A DNA stretch of 64,000 bases from Chlorokybus atmophyticus (Eukaryota; Plantae; Mesostigma and Chlorokybus algae), in the NCBI GenBank assembly GCA_009103225.1, contig RHPI01000101.1:1-64000 (forward strand), in the 5' to 3' direction. The position numbers and the translations under genes are program-made. Shown here piece by piece: positions 36,910 to 50,471 of the stretch; within the stretch, counting starts at the first letter, position 1, and every line of letters begins with the position of its first letter. The notes under the pieces were generated by a model. It worked only from the letters and a program-made list of their open reading frames with translations. It did not search any database and was not told the origin of the DNA.

Positions 36910-37273
36910 CTGGTTGGCCGCCCAGTGAGGCAAGGGGAGGGGTGTAGGTTAGGAGGGGTGAAATGCAACATGGCATGCAGATGTACATTTGTAGATTAGT
37001 CTCAGGTGATTCTTGCATCTGGCAGGTCGTGTATGAGTGCCTCCTGCAGATGCTTTGGTAGTGTTTGGGTCAATAGTATGTGCCAGCAGTAGTGGCACTC
37101 CACTGTGTTGTAAGGCACTAGTGGGGCTCCGTTGCTCATTATGTAATTACCACTGGCAATGGGCCAGTGTTTGGTGTTTTGGAGGCACAGGGGCTGATCT
37201 CTATCTGCGTTTGTACGCGGTGCCAGCTGTGAGACACACACATGCTAATATGTGTGTTTGTGGTGTCTATCAG

Positions 37274-39124
37274 ATGGCATATGATGTTGAACTTGGTCAG
37301 GCTGGTAGGAATACACACAATGCACAACAACAACAACAACAACAACCACAAACGCTAGCCACCGCGCAAAGTGATCGTGTGCAACTTCCACCTGCAACAG
37401 TGGCGAAAGTAGCCAAGACTGTCGCCTCCATGCGTATATCTGCCAGGATTGAGAGGACAAGAAGAAAAGCAAGATGGTGAGTTGCTAGTGGCCGGCCCCC
37501 GCCTTAGGCCAGCTCGCCAACAACAAGCGGGAGGGGTAGAGAGGAAACGTGCGAGTCAGCTGACGGTGAGTGGCCGATGGCCGGCCTCAGCCTAGGCTCG
37601 CTCGCCAACAACACTGCCGCCGCTGTTGCCGCTGCCACATTGTACACACTTGTTCACATCCTTCAGCTCAGCCTTTGTTGCGGGGGGCGACGCAGGGGGA
37701 GGCGGGGGCGGAGGCGGAGGCGGAGGCGGAGGCAAGGTGGTCGCTGGTGAGGTGAGCGCAGATTGCTGGCCGGCTGCTTGGTTGGTTGTTTGCGGACTTG
37801 ATGGCTTTGTGTCTGTGTGTGCTATACAACAGCAAATGCTGTAGAGTGGGCTCATGCTGTGTCTTAGAGTTGTATTTGCGCTTGCACACCGACAGCTGCC
37901 CCTTGCAAGTCTTTCCTCGTGGCTGTTGTACAAGTTGTAGCTACCCTCGTGGCATCTCAAGCAAGCACGATAGGATCAAATCACTAGCACAGCCGGTGAC
38001 CTTTGGCCCCGTATGTTAACAGTGGTCATCCATAATGCAGAGTATGTGCAGTTGAAGGACGATGAGTCCATTATTGTGCAATCAGCCACGCAGCGGTATG
38101 TGTTCCAAGTCGTGGCACGCTTGGGCACGCCTCGCACCTATGGAGCTGTATATGCTGTTGAAGCCACGGCAGGAACGCAAGTATCGGTGGTAACAGCCAC
38201 AGGCATGTATGTGTTGAAGGTTGACCCACAGCCGTGCGATCTTGAAGAAGCAAAACGCCTTGATGACGACCTAACACCATGGACTCAGGTGCATGCTGCG
38301 GCAAAAGCCTCAATTCATGTAATTGTTGTGACAGCACAGTTGACCTGATACAAGTGACTTTTCCTCTTCTTTGCAGGTGGAGCGCGAAGCCTCCGTTCTG
38401 GCCCACTTAGGCAAGCACGGGTTGATGAGTCTCAGAATTGGTAGACCACGGGACGATTGAGCCATCCCCTGCTTGTACTTCTGGTGTGGCTGGCGCTCGA
38501 GCAATTATCACACCTCTGCAGGGACGTCCGCTGGTGCCAGCCACCGGAGCGGTTTTGCCTTTGAAGTCGGCTGCAGTGCAAAAGCTGGCGGCGGATGTCC
38601 TTGAAGGCTTGCTTTTCGCACATGCCCAGGGTGTGTGGCACAATGACGTCGCACCCCAAAACATAGGCGTCACTCATGCTGGCTCGGAAGCGATGGGAAG
38701 CTACTATCTGTTCGATTTTGGGGCTGCCAGCTGCCCCGCCCTACACCTGTACGACCAACCCATGGCGCACGAGTTGTATGCCTCCACTAGCTGGTTGGTG
38801 ACAGGGCAGGTGTCCTCTGCTCTGGCGGATATCGAATCTCTTGTCTACACGTGCATGGCATTGTCCTCCCCCGGGGAGGACTCCTTGCATGGCTATGCTG
38901 AGCCCGCAGCGTTGCCATGGGAGGAGGCTCAACTCCGTGGCAACGTGCTGCGGGTGCTTTTCCTGCGGGCAGATCTTCACGCGCAGCCAGAGGAAAACCC
39001 AGTCTTGCGGAGTTGGCCTCGCCCCCTGCTGGAATTTGCCAAGGGCGTCTTTCGTTGTGTTTACACTGGAGCACCGCCACCACCCATGGAGGAGTGGTTG
39101 AGCTTGCTGCGTGGCCCCACATAG
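37274..39124 (+). pseudogene. Atypical protein kinase-like gene (copy 2)
   Basis: Same kinase motifs and same frameshift (~38425-38437) as copy 1. Confidence 0.7.
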
Positions 39125-39804
39125 CTTCCACACATGCAGCTGCGCGAGAGCATATTCACACTTATCCAGTGAGCGAGGCCCCGATGCTTATAACCACGGC
39201 GTTGTCGTGAAGATAGCAGCAAGTCACCCATGCAATACGGCACAAGGCTTGTGCTCATCATGGTGCTCCCACATTAGTGGCGTTGCTTCGCAGCTTGACG
39301 TAGCCACCTCCTCCTCGCCATGTTGGTAAGTTGTGCTGGTCCCTGATGCTACTCAGTCAGGTGCACATGCCTGTTGGAATTGCTAGACCCAACAAGACCG
39401 TAGGGTATGCGGTCATGACTGCGCTTGTGTTGTTCATTGCACGCGGGTCGTGTTCAGGATTGCCTTGACAAGTATGCTGGAGCGAGCTGATGGCACGCTC
39501 TGGTTTTCCTGCCACAGCCCTTGAACGCCCAGGCTGTCTACTGCATGAAGCAGAAACTCCCAATGGCGTCGTTGCCAAGCGCTCTGTGCTACAGTGGCAC
39601 TACAATCATTGCAGAGCCTTTGCCAGCACGTTGAGCAAAGCATGCACCCCGCCCAGTGTCATGCTGCATACCATGGCTGTGACGTGTACATGTGTCTCGG
39701 GGCAACGGCGGTAGCGCTATACCTGGTTCACAGCGTTTTAATCTTCAAACATCGCATGCAGGCATGCGCGCGCTCTGCGTGGGCATGCACGTGTGGCACA
39801 TGCG

Positions 39805-39808
<4 letters not shown>

Positions 39809-39887
<79 letters not shown>

Positions 39888-39891
39888 CACN
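39809..39891. repeat. (CA)n microsatellite ending in a single-N junction
   Basis: CA run followed by N at 39891. Confidence 0.97.
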
Positions 39892-40734
39892 TTGTTGCCA
39901 CACCAGTGACAATCGCTGCGACGAGCTCTGAGTGGCATGCTGGTGCTGGTGCCAACTGTGACTGTGATAGTCACTGCATATGGTCACACCAGCACAAGAT
40001 TGGCAACCTACCAGTCTGCTGGTGCTTGCAGATGCATCCAGGAGTCTTGGCAGAGCATGACGATGCCCCCTGGTAACCGAGTGCCTGACCTTCCCATCCG
40101 CAGTGCAGGTGCTATCCCTGAGGAGTCAAGAACTGTGCCGACCACGCAATCAAGTAGCTGACCGGCCCGGTGTGTCATCCCCCTCCCATGCCAATGTTGT
40201 TAGTCATGTACATGCCCGCATGCACAAGCCAATTTTGCATGGTGGAAGGCAACCTGCTACTCATGCACCGACGGCAATTACTGCCATGTCAGCAGTTGCA
40301 GGGTTAGAACCAAGATGGGCTTTGCGGTCTGTGTAGTGTTCAACAATACAAAGTTAGGTTCAATATTAACCTCATAACCTCTGACTTCTAGTGGCTAGCG
40401 ATTGCTGGCTATGCCATAAGCAAGTGTTGAACGTTAGGGTTACCAACGGTGTTGTAACTACGAACCCACGAAACCCACGATATATCATTATGAACACTTC
40501 ACACGAGTGCCGAGCAGCACTGCTGCGTTTACACAAAAAACCATCTTTGCAAAGTCCTATTTTTCCGAACTACTAGTCTCAAGGGCCTAAGAACACAGCG
40601 TTGCAAAGGACGAAAACGGTGGAAGACCTACACGCACGCAATTTCCTGCCGGCAAGCGCTGCAGCAGCAGGCCACTCTTACCCTGGCAGTGTCCGTCCGC
40701 CCGTGGCAGACAACAGCATAATGGTGAGCCTATG

Positions 40735-40736
<2 letters not shown>

Positions 40737-40810
<74 letters not shown>
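40737..40810. repeat. (AG)n microsatellite
   Basis: Perfect AG run. Confidence 0.99.
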
Positions 40811-40812
<2 letters not shown>

Positions 40813-41257
40813 TGCTAGCAGCGCAGCGCTGCAGGGCCAGTTCAGAACTGCGTGAAAGTCACACCAGCGTTTTATCAAGGCAGTCAGCCAAACGGTGCTA
40901 TTGTTGTGCATGGCATTCATGCACCCCTTAATGTGGGCGGACACACTGCCGCATGAAGGTGAAGCCCGCTTTGCAGGGCAGATGCTGGATAAAGTAAGGC
41001 TTACGCGGAGGCACATGTCCGTAATACGTATACGTCGTGTCAAGTTGATGTGACGATTTCACTGTGGCACAGGCATGCTGTGTGGTGAGAAACGACGAGC
41101 ACAGCGCCGACCAAGCTATCATCGGGTTATTCTATTGGTACTTGCACATCAGAACTGGTTCAGCGACATTAGCCTTTTTTCATCATGCACACGGGAATAT
41201 GTTGCCCCAGCTGAGCGAGCTGAGCGAGCTGGGAGGTGCAGTGCAGCGCTCCAGGTG

Positions 41258-41260
<3 letters not shown>

Positions 41261-41308
<48 letters not shown>

Positions 41309-41344
41309 NNNNNNNNNNNNNNNNNNNNNNNNNNNNNNNNNNNN

Positions 41345-41432
<88 letters not shown>
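41261..41432. repeat. (TC)n microsatellite containing an assembly gap (~41309-41344)
   Basis: TC runs flank an N block. Confidence 0.98.
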
Positions 41433-41435
<3 letters not shown>

Positions 41436-41568
41436 CAGGGTGCGCATGCCTGGCGGATGTATGAGCAAGCCAGCAATAATGAAACCAAAAGAATGCTGTA
41501 CAGAACACGAGTCAAGCTATCGACTCTCTTCCCTACCAACGCCGCTACTATTATGCAATAATTTTGTG

Positions 41569-44500
41569 TCATAGTTGCGGCGTGGCGGGTACGGAGTAGA
41601 CCGTCTTGACCTGCACCGCGACGGACCCCATCAGATCCTGCATCAGCGCCAGCTTCATGTTCAGCGCGTGCTGCATCTCCGCCACCTCGTCTTCAACCTT
41701 TACACAACACCCACATTAGCATCACCCTCCACATTGAAACAACCAACACACATGATGCAACCCATCACCTCATCCAGCTTGCCATCCACCCCAACCCGCT
41801 TTGCCTTCTCCCCACCACCCTTTAAGGCTTGGTTCCTTTGCAGACTCGAGCTTCGCCTCAACCTTAATCTCCTCTCCACACGCGAGTTGGAATCTTGCCT
41901 CGCAAGCTTAGGCTGTGGCACAGATTCACTTGACTCTTTGTTCTCCGAATTACTGTTATCCTTGTCCTTGGTATCCTTGTCCTTGTCCTTGTTGGCCTTG
42001 AGCTTGTTCTCCAGCTCCACCTCCCGCTCCGCGAGGTCCTTCAGCATGAGTGTCATCTCGTCGGCGTCAAGGATCTCGTTGGCCGTCACGTCGTACTTCT
42101 TCAGCAAGTCTTTCGGACCGCGACGGAGCAATAACTCATACGCAGCCGCGTTGCCCTTCAACTCCTGTACGCAGATTGTGTGTATGTTTAGTGCAGACTT
42201 GCTGACATGTGCACTGTGTGCTGTGATTGGAAGGTTGCTACTGTGTGTGCGCGCCCGCGTGTGTGTTGTGCATGTTGTGTCCATCGCAAGTGCGTGTGCG
42301 TGTTGTGCATGCGCATGTGTGCATGCATTGTGCGTGTGGTTTTATGTGTCATCAACACATATATCCTCCATCCCACCTGCTTGATGGCGGACTCGTTGAT
42401 AAGGTTGTCCATCCACGGCACCATCGTCTTCAACCCCACTGCAGGTTGCACCTGCACTCATCACCCATCCCACCCAACCCCCTCCATCAGTCTCTTTTTT
42501 ACCCATAGCTGTTGAGCACAACCCCACATCCCCACCTTGTTCTTATTTCTTCGCAAGAGTGCCAGCACCCGCGCCACGAGCGTCTCCCTCAGATGCGAGT
42601 AGAACTGTTTGGCTTCCTCCGTCTCGCGCGTCTTGACGTCCGCGAACGAGTCCGCCACGATCGCGAGGAACATCGACAGCAGCACGAAGAAGCAGAAGAA
42701 GACGAAGGCGAAGAAGAGGAGAGGGGTCAGGATGCGGTTGGCGAGGACCATCTCGCCGTAGTCGAACTTCGTCAACAGCATCTGTTGACACATAGACTGA
42801 GTTGTTATACATGTCTGTAGCGCGACTGGGGAGTCGTGTGAGTTGTGCATGGTTAACTGCATCAGTATGTGCTAGACAACGTAGTGTGTGGTGGCAGAGG
42901 GTTTGTGCACTGGCAGTACTTATGTTGGGTACACACAGAAACATGCGGTAAAACACGCATGCACGCGCGCATGTGCATGGGTTTGTGTGCGTGCTTGCAT
43001 GTGCGCACGAACATACACACACACGTGGACACCTGCATGCATACACCAACGCACGCATGCACACGTAATCACTGATACATCTGCGCGCGCGCTCACACAC
43101 ACACATACACACAATCCCGCACACATACAAGTGTGGTTCTGTCCACTTGCCTGCATGAGTGAGTCGAAGGTGGACGAGAAGCTTCTGAACCCGTATATGA
43201 ACGGCGAGTATATGGCATAGTACGCCGACGCAAACCCGAGGAAGAATATAGTCGCCATCACCGTGAACAAAAACAGATCAAAGGCGCTATCCGACACCGT
43301 GAGAAATATCGAGTCAAACCGCGGCACGTGCATGAGGTACTTGAAGAACCGCACGTATAGGAAGATGAAGTTGAGACCCGACACGTTTAGTTCCTGCGTG
43401 GCGAGGAAACCCAACGCGGGGAAGTCCAAGTAGGATACGCCGTCCGAGTTGTAGCGGAAACCGTTGAGCTTGCGCTGCTGCTGGATGCGCATGACGATCA
43501 TGGCGTAGATTGTGGCGAAGTTGAACCAAGTGACCCAAGTCCACCTAGACCTGAGAGTGACTGTCTCAACAATCTGTTGTATACACGCACACGCACACAC
43601 ACATAAGTACACCCGCCCCTTTTGCCTTACCGCAGGTATTGTTTGCCGTATCTAAATATGCACGATATCTCCTCCATTGTGTGAATCACCAGCAGTACCA
43701 CCACCACAATCTCGATCGCAAGCACCAGGTGGTCATAGCCCGTCACATACCTGCAAGACAGAGACACTCAACACACATTTCTCTCCCAATCACATTTCAA
43801 AACAACTCACCGGTACAGTCGGAACGTGCGCACGAGCGTGGACGAGTACAGGTTGCCGCTGGGCGGGATCTCAAAGAGTAGACGGATTGTTGTGAAGAGG
43901 TTCCAGCTGGGGTTGAGAAGGGAGATGTCGACGATGACGGCCCGCGTGTGACCATCGATCCAATGCGACGCCTGTGGCAACGGACACAATGCAGGTTCTG
44001 GTTCATGCATTCATCTGAGACAGCTGTGTGCCTTTTGATACAGATTGCGTGTATAACCGCATGTGCACGTGCGCGCACACAGAAACAGAGACGCACATGC
44101 ATACGCAGACACAGGCGTGTACGCGCACGTACGCATGCACACAAACGCGCACGTATCACACCCACCCACCTGCAGCGCATTGAGTTGTGTTTGCGCGATG
44201 GCGAGCGGGTCGCAGTTGGCGCTCACGCAGGCGTCATCACCGCACGCGCACACCGCGCACGCCAACATCGTCGGGAAGGGCGTCGACGGCAGCGCCGTGC
44301 ACGTCGCGTTGCAGCTGCTGGCATTGAAACGAGCCGGGACCTGAAGTGGAGGATTGTGTATTGAGGGGGTTGAGTGGGGTGTGGGGAGGTGGGGTGGGGT
44401 GGGGTGGTTGTGTGGGGCTTACGGTGAGGGTAGAGCAGTTGGTTGGGAGGGGAGGAGGTGGGGTTGGGGATAGTGGTGGAGATGAGACTTGCAGCAGCCG

Positions 44501-47500
44501 CCTTTGAGTTGGTGCTGTGATACAGGCAGTTAAGGCACAGTAGCACCCGACACGTGAAGAACGTCAACACCAACCGCCCGGTCTTAAACAAGAACGTATG
44601 CAAACAGTCTGGACAATGAATGGACAACCATACGCAGACACAACTGAACGCGACCACACACATGCATGTACGCATGCACACAACCCTGTGTGTGCGCGGG
44701 CGCGCGTGCACACACGCACGCGCGCACGCACGCATACTCACACACATATGCATACGCACGTAGATACGCGCACGCATGCACGCACATTCATCCACCCATC
44801 CCCCCCCNNNNNNNNNNNNNNNNNNNNNNNNNNNNNNNNNNNNNNNNNNNNNNNNNNNNNNNNNNNNNNNNNNNNNNNNNNNNNNNNNNNNNNNNNNNNN
44901 NNNNNNNNNNNNNNNNNNNNNNNNNNNNNNNNNNNNNNNNNNNNNNNNNNNNNNNNNNNNNNNNNNNNNNNNNNNNNNNNNNNNNNNNNNNNNNNNNNNN
45001 NNNNNNNNNNNNNNNNNNNNNNNNNNNNNNNNNNNNNNNNNNNNNNNNNNNNNNNNNNNNNNNNNNNNNNNNNTTTATTATCTTATTGAGCCCCCCCCCC
45101 TTCTCACCTGTCCTAAACCAGTTGACCTGCACCTGCACCGTCCCCCCCACCAGTCCCGTCTCATTCCCCACAACCACCAACGCCGGCGAGAAGTCCACGC
45201 TCTCCGTCACATTCCCGCTCCCGAGCGCGGCGTAGTAGGAGACGGTTATCGATGTGGTGGACGTGGCGCCGGGGGAGATGGAGCCGGAGGTGGAGGAGGG
45301 GTGGAGCCAGGAGGAGGAGGAGGAGGAGAGGGAGGTGAGGGAGGAGGAGGAGAAGGACCAGAGGACTGGGAGGAGACCGGGGTTGGAGAGCCTGGGGAAG
45401 AGTGTGTGGGTGGGTACGTGCGTGCATGTGTGCGAGCGCGTGTCTGTGTGCGTGCATGTGGGTGGCAGTGCGTAGCTTGGGAGGGATGAATGCACAGTCG
45501 CGCTTACTGGAATGTGACAGTCGTTTGGGAGCCGACGCCAATCAGCGTAGCTTGCAGCAACACGGAACTCACCGGCTCAAACGAAACTGCCACACAACCC
45601 AATCACAATCAGCCCACCCACTCACCCCACCCACCCCCACCCACGCACCAGGATCCACCATCGCCAGTCCCGGCGCATACACCGGCGGGTTCGGCGGCGG
45701 CATTGGCGGCGGTGTCGGCGGTGCCATCGGCGGCATCGGCGGCGGCGGCGTCTCCCCATCCTGCACCGCGAGACACCGCGCCACGGCTTGCGCGAGGACG
45801 GTTTGACAGCGTGATGTGATCGAGTTGTGAAGGATGGTAGGGGAGACGTTGGGGAGGAGGTCGAGGACGAAACCGTCCTGGGGAGTGGACGAGTGAGGTG
45901 TGATGCAAGGAAGTGGTGAGTTGAAGTTGGAGAGTAATAATAACAACGAGTGCGTGACAGTGCACACACCTGCGAGTAGCGACCTTGTTGACCGGCTTGG
46001 AAGAACCAAGCGGACGTGTTGAGGTCGGAGGAGCTGCGCCAGACGTACCTGTGCCAAGCGTAGGAATGGTGTTGGGTAGTAGTATGGCATTCTATGCTTG
46101 GGGGTCGCTGAGCAGTGTGCATGGCACGTATTGGTGCAGTGACCATAAACACCCATACTGTGTGTAACGTTTGCGTGTGTGTGCATGTGCGTACGTTCCA
46201 TCTCCCCACCCCCCACTCACGGCAGCGTGAAGTTCCCTCCCGCGCCATAGTCATGAGGGATGTCCCCCCTATCCCTTTCCCCCATGGCGTAGTCGGCGGT
46301 GCACGACGCGTCCGGTGCGCCGTACACCTCGCGGATGCGGGAGGGGACGGGACACGAACGCGAACGGGAACGGAGCTGGCGGAGGCGGAGGGCACCGACT
46401 ACATTGGCCTGGTGTGGGAGGAGCGAGTGTGTTGGATGTCTGTGGTGGTAGGGGGTGAGTGATGTTGTTGTTGGCTTACTTGGCCGAGGATTTGGAGGCG
46501 CTGCGAGGGGATGAGAGGGGTGCCCGAGGAGGGATCCGTTTGGGGGTAAGTCAGGGAGAGGAACGTGCCGTTCAGGTACTGTGTGTAAAGCCAGGGGTTG
46601 GTTACACAACAATCACTGAGTGGAGGTCATCAGAGAGAGAGAGTGTGTGCGTTTGTGGCTCTGCTGCTTACTGTCCAGAGGGCGGAGGTGTTGGTGATGG
46701 CGCTCGTGTCGTACGTGGCTGTGGAGTTTTTTATTTCATCAACAGAAGCAGTGAGTATCACGTATTGTTGTGTGACCATCATCATCATTAACAGAGGTGT
46801 GTGGTTTGTCTCTCACCTTTGGCGTAAGAGTTGATGTAGTACTGGACGCTGCCAGGCTTAGCCGCAAACACAACTGAGTAAAAGAGAGCACGCAGGGCAA
46901 TATGAGAGACAAAAGTCGTTGTGGTCCGGTATGTGGATGAAGAATAAAACTGCCTAGAGAGTGTGAGGTTTGCGTACCAATGGAGAACAAGATCACGAAG
47001 AGGAGGTACGCTCCCGCACCGACGTACAGCTGTGGTTTTACATAGACGTACAATGAGTACGTTGCAGGTTTTAGAACATACGTTGGATGCGAACGGTGAA
47101 GGAAGACTTCTTCTACGCAGACAGTCAAAGCGCATTGCATGGTAGGGATAGTTGTAGATTGTGACATACAGCTAGCAAGTGTTGGGTTCAACATGTTATT
47201 CACGTGTAGCAGCAAGCAGTTGGAAAAAGAAATCTTGAGACGCGATATGTGGTTGTCCTCCAAGAATGCTGGTTACTACCTTCAACAACGCTGTCACAAC
47301 ACAACTATGGCATGGTTGCTTTATGTCAAAGCCACCAACAGGAGACACCACCTCCAGAGCTATGCACACCTTCTCTGTGTGTGCGAGTGTGCGGTAAACA
47401 ACTTGGTTTGAGTTGATCCTGATTGTTGTACACAGTATGCAGATTGAGGACTGACAATAATTGTTATTCCGACACATGGCAATCTCACACCTGCGCTTTC

Positions 47501-47583
47501 TCCTTGATGACCTTCAGCTTGCCCACCGCCAGCCGCTGCCTCGGCGCTCCCCGGTTCATCCGCATGATATGCCCTCGCGCCAT
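41569..47583 (-). CDS. PKD2: Polycystin-2-like (TRPP/PKD2 family) cation channel, multi-exon, spans a gap
   Basis: S1 YLLFVILFSIVVFAAK, TOP motifs LWTYLNG, NVVGALRLRQLR...SC, GFVLDL and WIDGHTRAVIVD, S2-S6 (VRFFKYL, GFRSFSSTFDSLMQ, FFVLLSMFLAIVADSF), and a C-terminal EF-hand-like loop plus coiled coil. Stop at 41569-71. The first exon (47583-47491) is less certain. Confidence 0.92.
44808..45073. other. Assembly gap inside the PKD2-like gene
   Basis: 266 N. Confidence 0.99.
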
Positions 47584-47619
47584 AGTGACAGAGATGATCA
47601 AATCACACCTCCCTCGTGT

Positions 47620-47659
47620 CCTGGCCTGGCCTGGCCTGGCCTGGTGGGGCCTTCCGGCT

Positions 47660-47694
<35 letters not shown>

Positions 47695-47968
47695 TGGCCT
47701 GGCCTGGCTTGGCCTGGTGTAACACACTGCAGCACCAACAAGAGGTCACGTGACGAGCTGCAAATGACGCTGAGATCGTCATTTGCGTTACGTGTTCTCC
47801 CGTAAGCAGTTTGGAGAGCTGTCCGATCGGCAGCAAGGTAGCAACGTGGACAACCTTTGTGTCCTCCGATGTAACTATGCTCAAGGAAGTCGTATCTGGC
47901 GACAAACGTATTCTAGGTCTATTCTTCCAAGCCCAGGCCAGGCTATCAGGCCAGGCCAGGCCAGGCCG
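47620..47968. promoter_or_regulatory. Divergent promoter region flanked by inverted (CCTGG)n / (CCAGG)n arrays, with (GCC)n and a GTCACGTGAC palindrome
   Basis: (CCTGG)n at 47620-47644 and 47694-47717, (GCC)n at ~47660-47693, GTCACGTGAC at 47745-47754, (CCAGG)n at ~47934-47966. Lies between the ATGs at 47583 (-) and 47984 (+). Confidence 0.6.
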
Positions 47969-47983
47969 GCTGCCGCTGCTGCC

Positions 47984-50439
47984 ATGCTGCCGCCGATCTC
48001 CGCCGCCGGCGGTGGCCTGCGCGTCAGTTGGAGCGAGCCTGGGCCCGCCGCTATCGAGGAGGACGGGGAGGAGGAGGACGACAACAATGACACCACGAAG
48101 GAGGCGGCGGCGGATGATACTGAGCCTAAGGCAGGGCAGCGGCGGAGAAGAAATGTTGATAGAAACGATGTTGATACGCATCTTATTAGGCTGTTGGGAA
48201 GGTCTCAGTCCGCTATGGGCAACTACGCTTGCTACCGACGCAGCGCTGGTGCTGGCCAGTGCAGGAGTAGTAGTAGTAGTGGTATGGGAGGTGGAGCCAA
48301 GTCCTTTGAGGAGGAGATGATGCTCAGCCAGGCTCAGAGGAGAAAGGGTGCTGCAGAGCAAGCAAAGGACGCCCTTGAGACGGTAATATAAAACTCACAA
48401 TAAGGTATCAATGGAGCTTGAGACGCATCAGAATCTGAACGTTGCAGTGCACTGCTGTAATCGTGCCAAGACGGAATTTGTGGTATATGTTGACAGCCTT
48501 ACACGCGTATCAACTCTACACAAACTTGGCAGTTGCATCAATGTGGCTTTAGCGCAGGTTGCGAGCCCTCCGGTATTGTACTCACATTGCATGGCTGTTG
48601 TTTGGCTCGCTAGCTTGCATAACACGTTCACACGTTGAACAAAATCGTTTGACATGCTTGGTCATCGGCGTTTGCACCCCAAAAAGACCAGCGCACAAAC
48701 TGAACACATAGACACATGTAGTCATACGCTGAGTTCGTGTACATCCTATCTGATGCACACCACTCACACACGTACAGGACCTCTCCTCCCCGCGCGCAGC
48801 CTGGCCCCCCAACACCTCCACCTTCTCCCTATCCTCCTCCTCCTCCTCCCCCTCCCCCTTCTCCTCCACCCACCCTCTCTCCCCCTCCTCCCTCCTCTCC
48901 TTTGGCCTCCCCCCCTCCTCCTCCTCCCGCCTCTACCGCGCCCTCCGCGTCCACTCCGCCGGCTTCCACGAGTCCGTCCAACAGCTCATCTCCCACATAC
49001 CCACACCCTCCACCCGCACACTCCTCCTCACCCACATCTGGCATGCTTACGAGCAACTGTGGGACTCAGCCCTGTGCATCAGCTTCCCGTTGGAAGTGAA
49101 TGAGATGGCGAGGGAGAAGGTGGCGCTGAGGGAGAGGGGGGAGGAGTTGGGGAGAGAGGTGGAGAGGTTGAGGGGGGAGTTGGGGAGGGAGAAGGAGGCG
49201 AGGGAGAGGGTGGTGAAGGAGGCGATTGAGAGGGCGGTGAAGGGGAGGGAAGAGGAGAAGAAGGGGAAGGGGAGGGAGAGGGAGCTGGAGCGAGTGACAA
49301 CGGCACTTGAGGTGGGGGAGGATGTGGTGCACACAAATGCACACACACACGGACACAGGGGTGCACGTACGCACACATCACTCAGATGACACACATGCAC
49401 GCGGGCAACCACAAGCACACACAATTGGCCATTCGCATTGGATTGATTGCTGTTGTTGAATAGAGGGCGGAGGAGCGGGAGGAGAAGCTCAAGGCAGCTT
49501 TCAAGGCTCTCAGCGCCCGGGCCGCAAAGCAGGTGCGTGTACGGGGCACCCGTGTACATGCATGAATATCTACAACAACTAGCTGATGGTTTCCCCATTT
49601 GTTGGAAGAGTGACGAGTTGGAGGCAGCCAGTGCTGGGCGGGCTTTTGCAGAGAAGGCCGCAGCCGCAGCACGCGAAGAGCTGTCAGTGTTAAAGCGGGA
49701 GTCAGAGACACGTGTCAACGCACTTGAAACAGAACTGAAACAGGTAAGATGCATATGTCACAACGCAGTTCTGAGCGTTACGTACACGCATGCGCGCACG
49801 CACTATCTTCTTCCGCTGTCGCAGGTCGAAGGCGAGCTCGCTTCGTGCCAGCTGGCACTCAAGCAGACCTCCACGGCAGCGGAAGCGCGCGTCACCGCGG
49901 CTGAGGCGGCCTCCGGGAAGGCGGAGAAGCTGGCGGAGGAGGCGACGCAGCAGGCGAAGGACCTGCGGAAGTCCATCGCACTCCTAAACGGTACGCATGG
50001 CGATGATGCAAAACACACGCACACGCACGCATAGGTACGCACGCACACGCACACGCACGCACTCGCATGTCTACATGCCGCGAATGCGCGCATATGTGCG
50101 TGCGCACATGCGCATGACTGCTCATGCACACAGAGACAGGAGCCCGTGCACACGCACGTATACGCAGACACCTTCAGAGACTGTTTCTCACCCCTTTCAG
50201 GTGACCTCAACTACAAGCGCCAGCAGTTGGCGAAGGAGCAGGCAGCCGTCGAGCACGGTCGCCTCCAGCTCAAGGAGGCCTACGCCCACTGGGACAAGGA
50301 GAAGGCCAGAGTGACCGAGAGCCAACGGACGATCGAGGAACTGAATCGAACGATAGAGGGACATGATGGGGAGGTGAATGAGGTGAAGAAGCAGCTGAAG
50401 GAGTCGAGACAGAAGGTGAGTGAGTGTTGGGTGTGTGTG

Positions 50440-50471
<32 letters not shown>

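Larger units (their letters stand above)
31128..39890 (+). repeat. Tandem duplication, copy 2
   Basis: Starts immediately after N31127 and ends in (CA)n before N39891. Lacks the 704 bp at 28544-29247 of copy 1. Confidence 0.97.

Noticed and set aside
40601-41574. ORFs with ERERER/SLSLSL or HTHTHT/VCVCVC repeats
   Set aside because: Translations of (AG)n, (TC)n and (CA)n microsatellites, partly across N gaps.
48737-49099. Extensin-like SPPPP protein in the ORF track
   Set aside because: The splice phase and downstream continuity favour the alternative S/L-rich frame (DLSSPRAAW...RLYRALRVHSAGF) of the coiled-coil gene. The proline frame is a by-product of C-rich skew.
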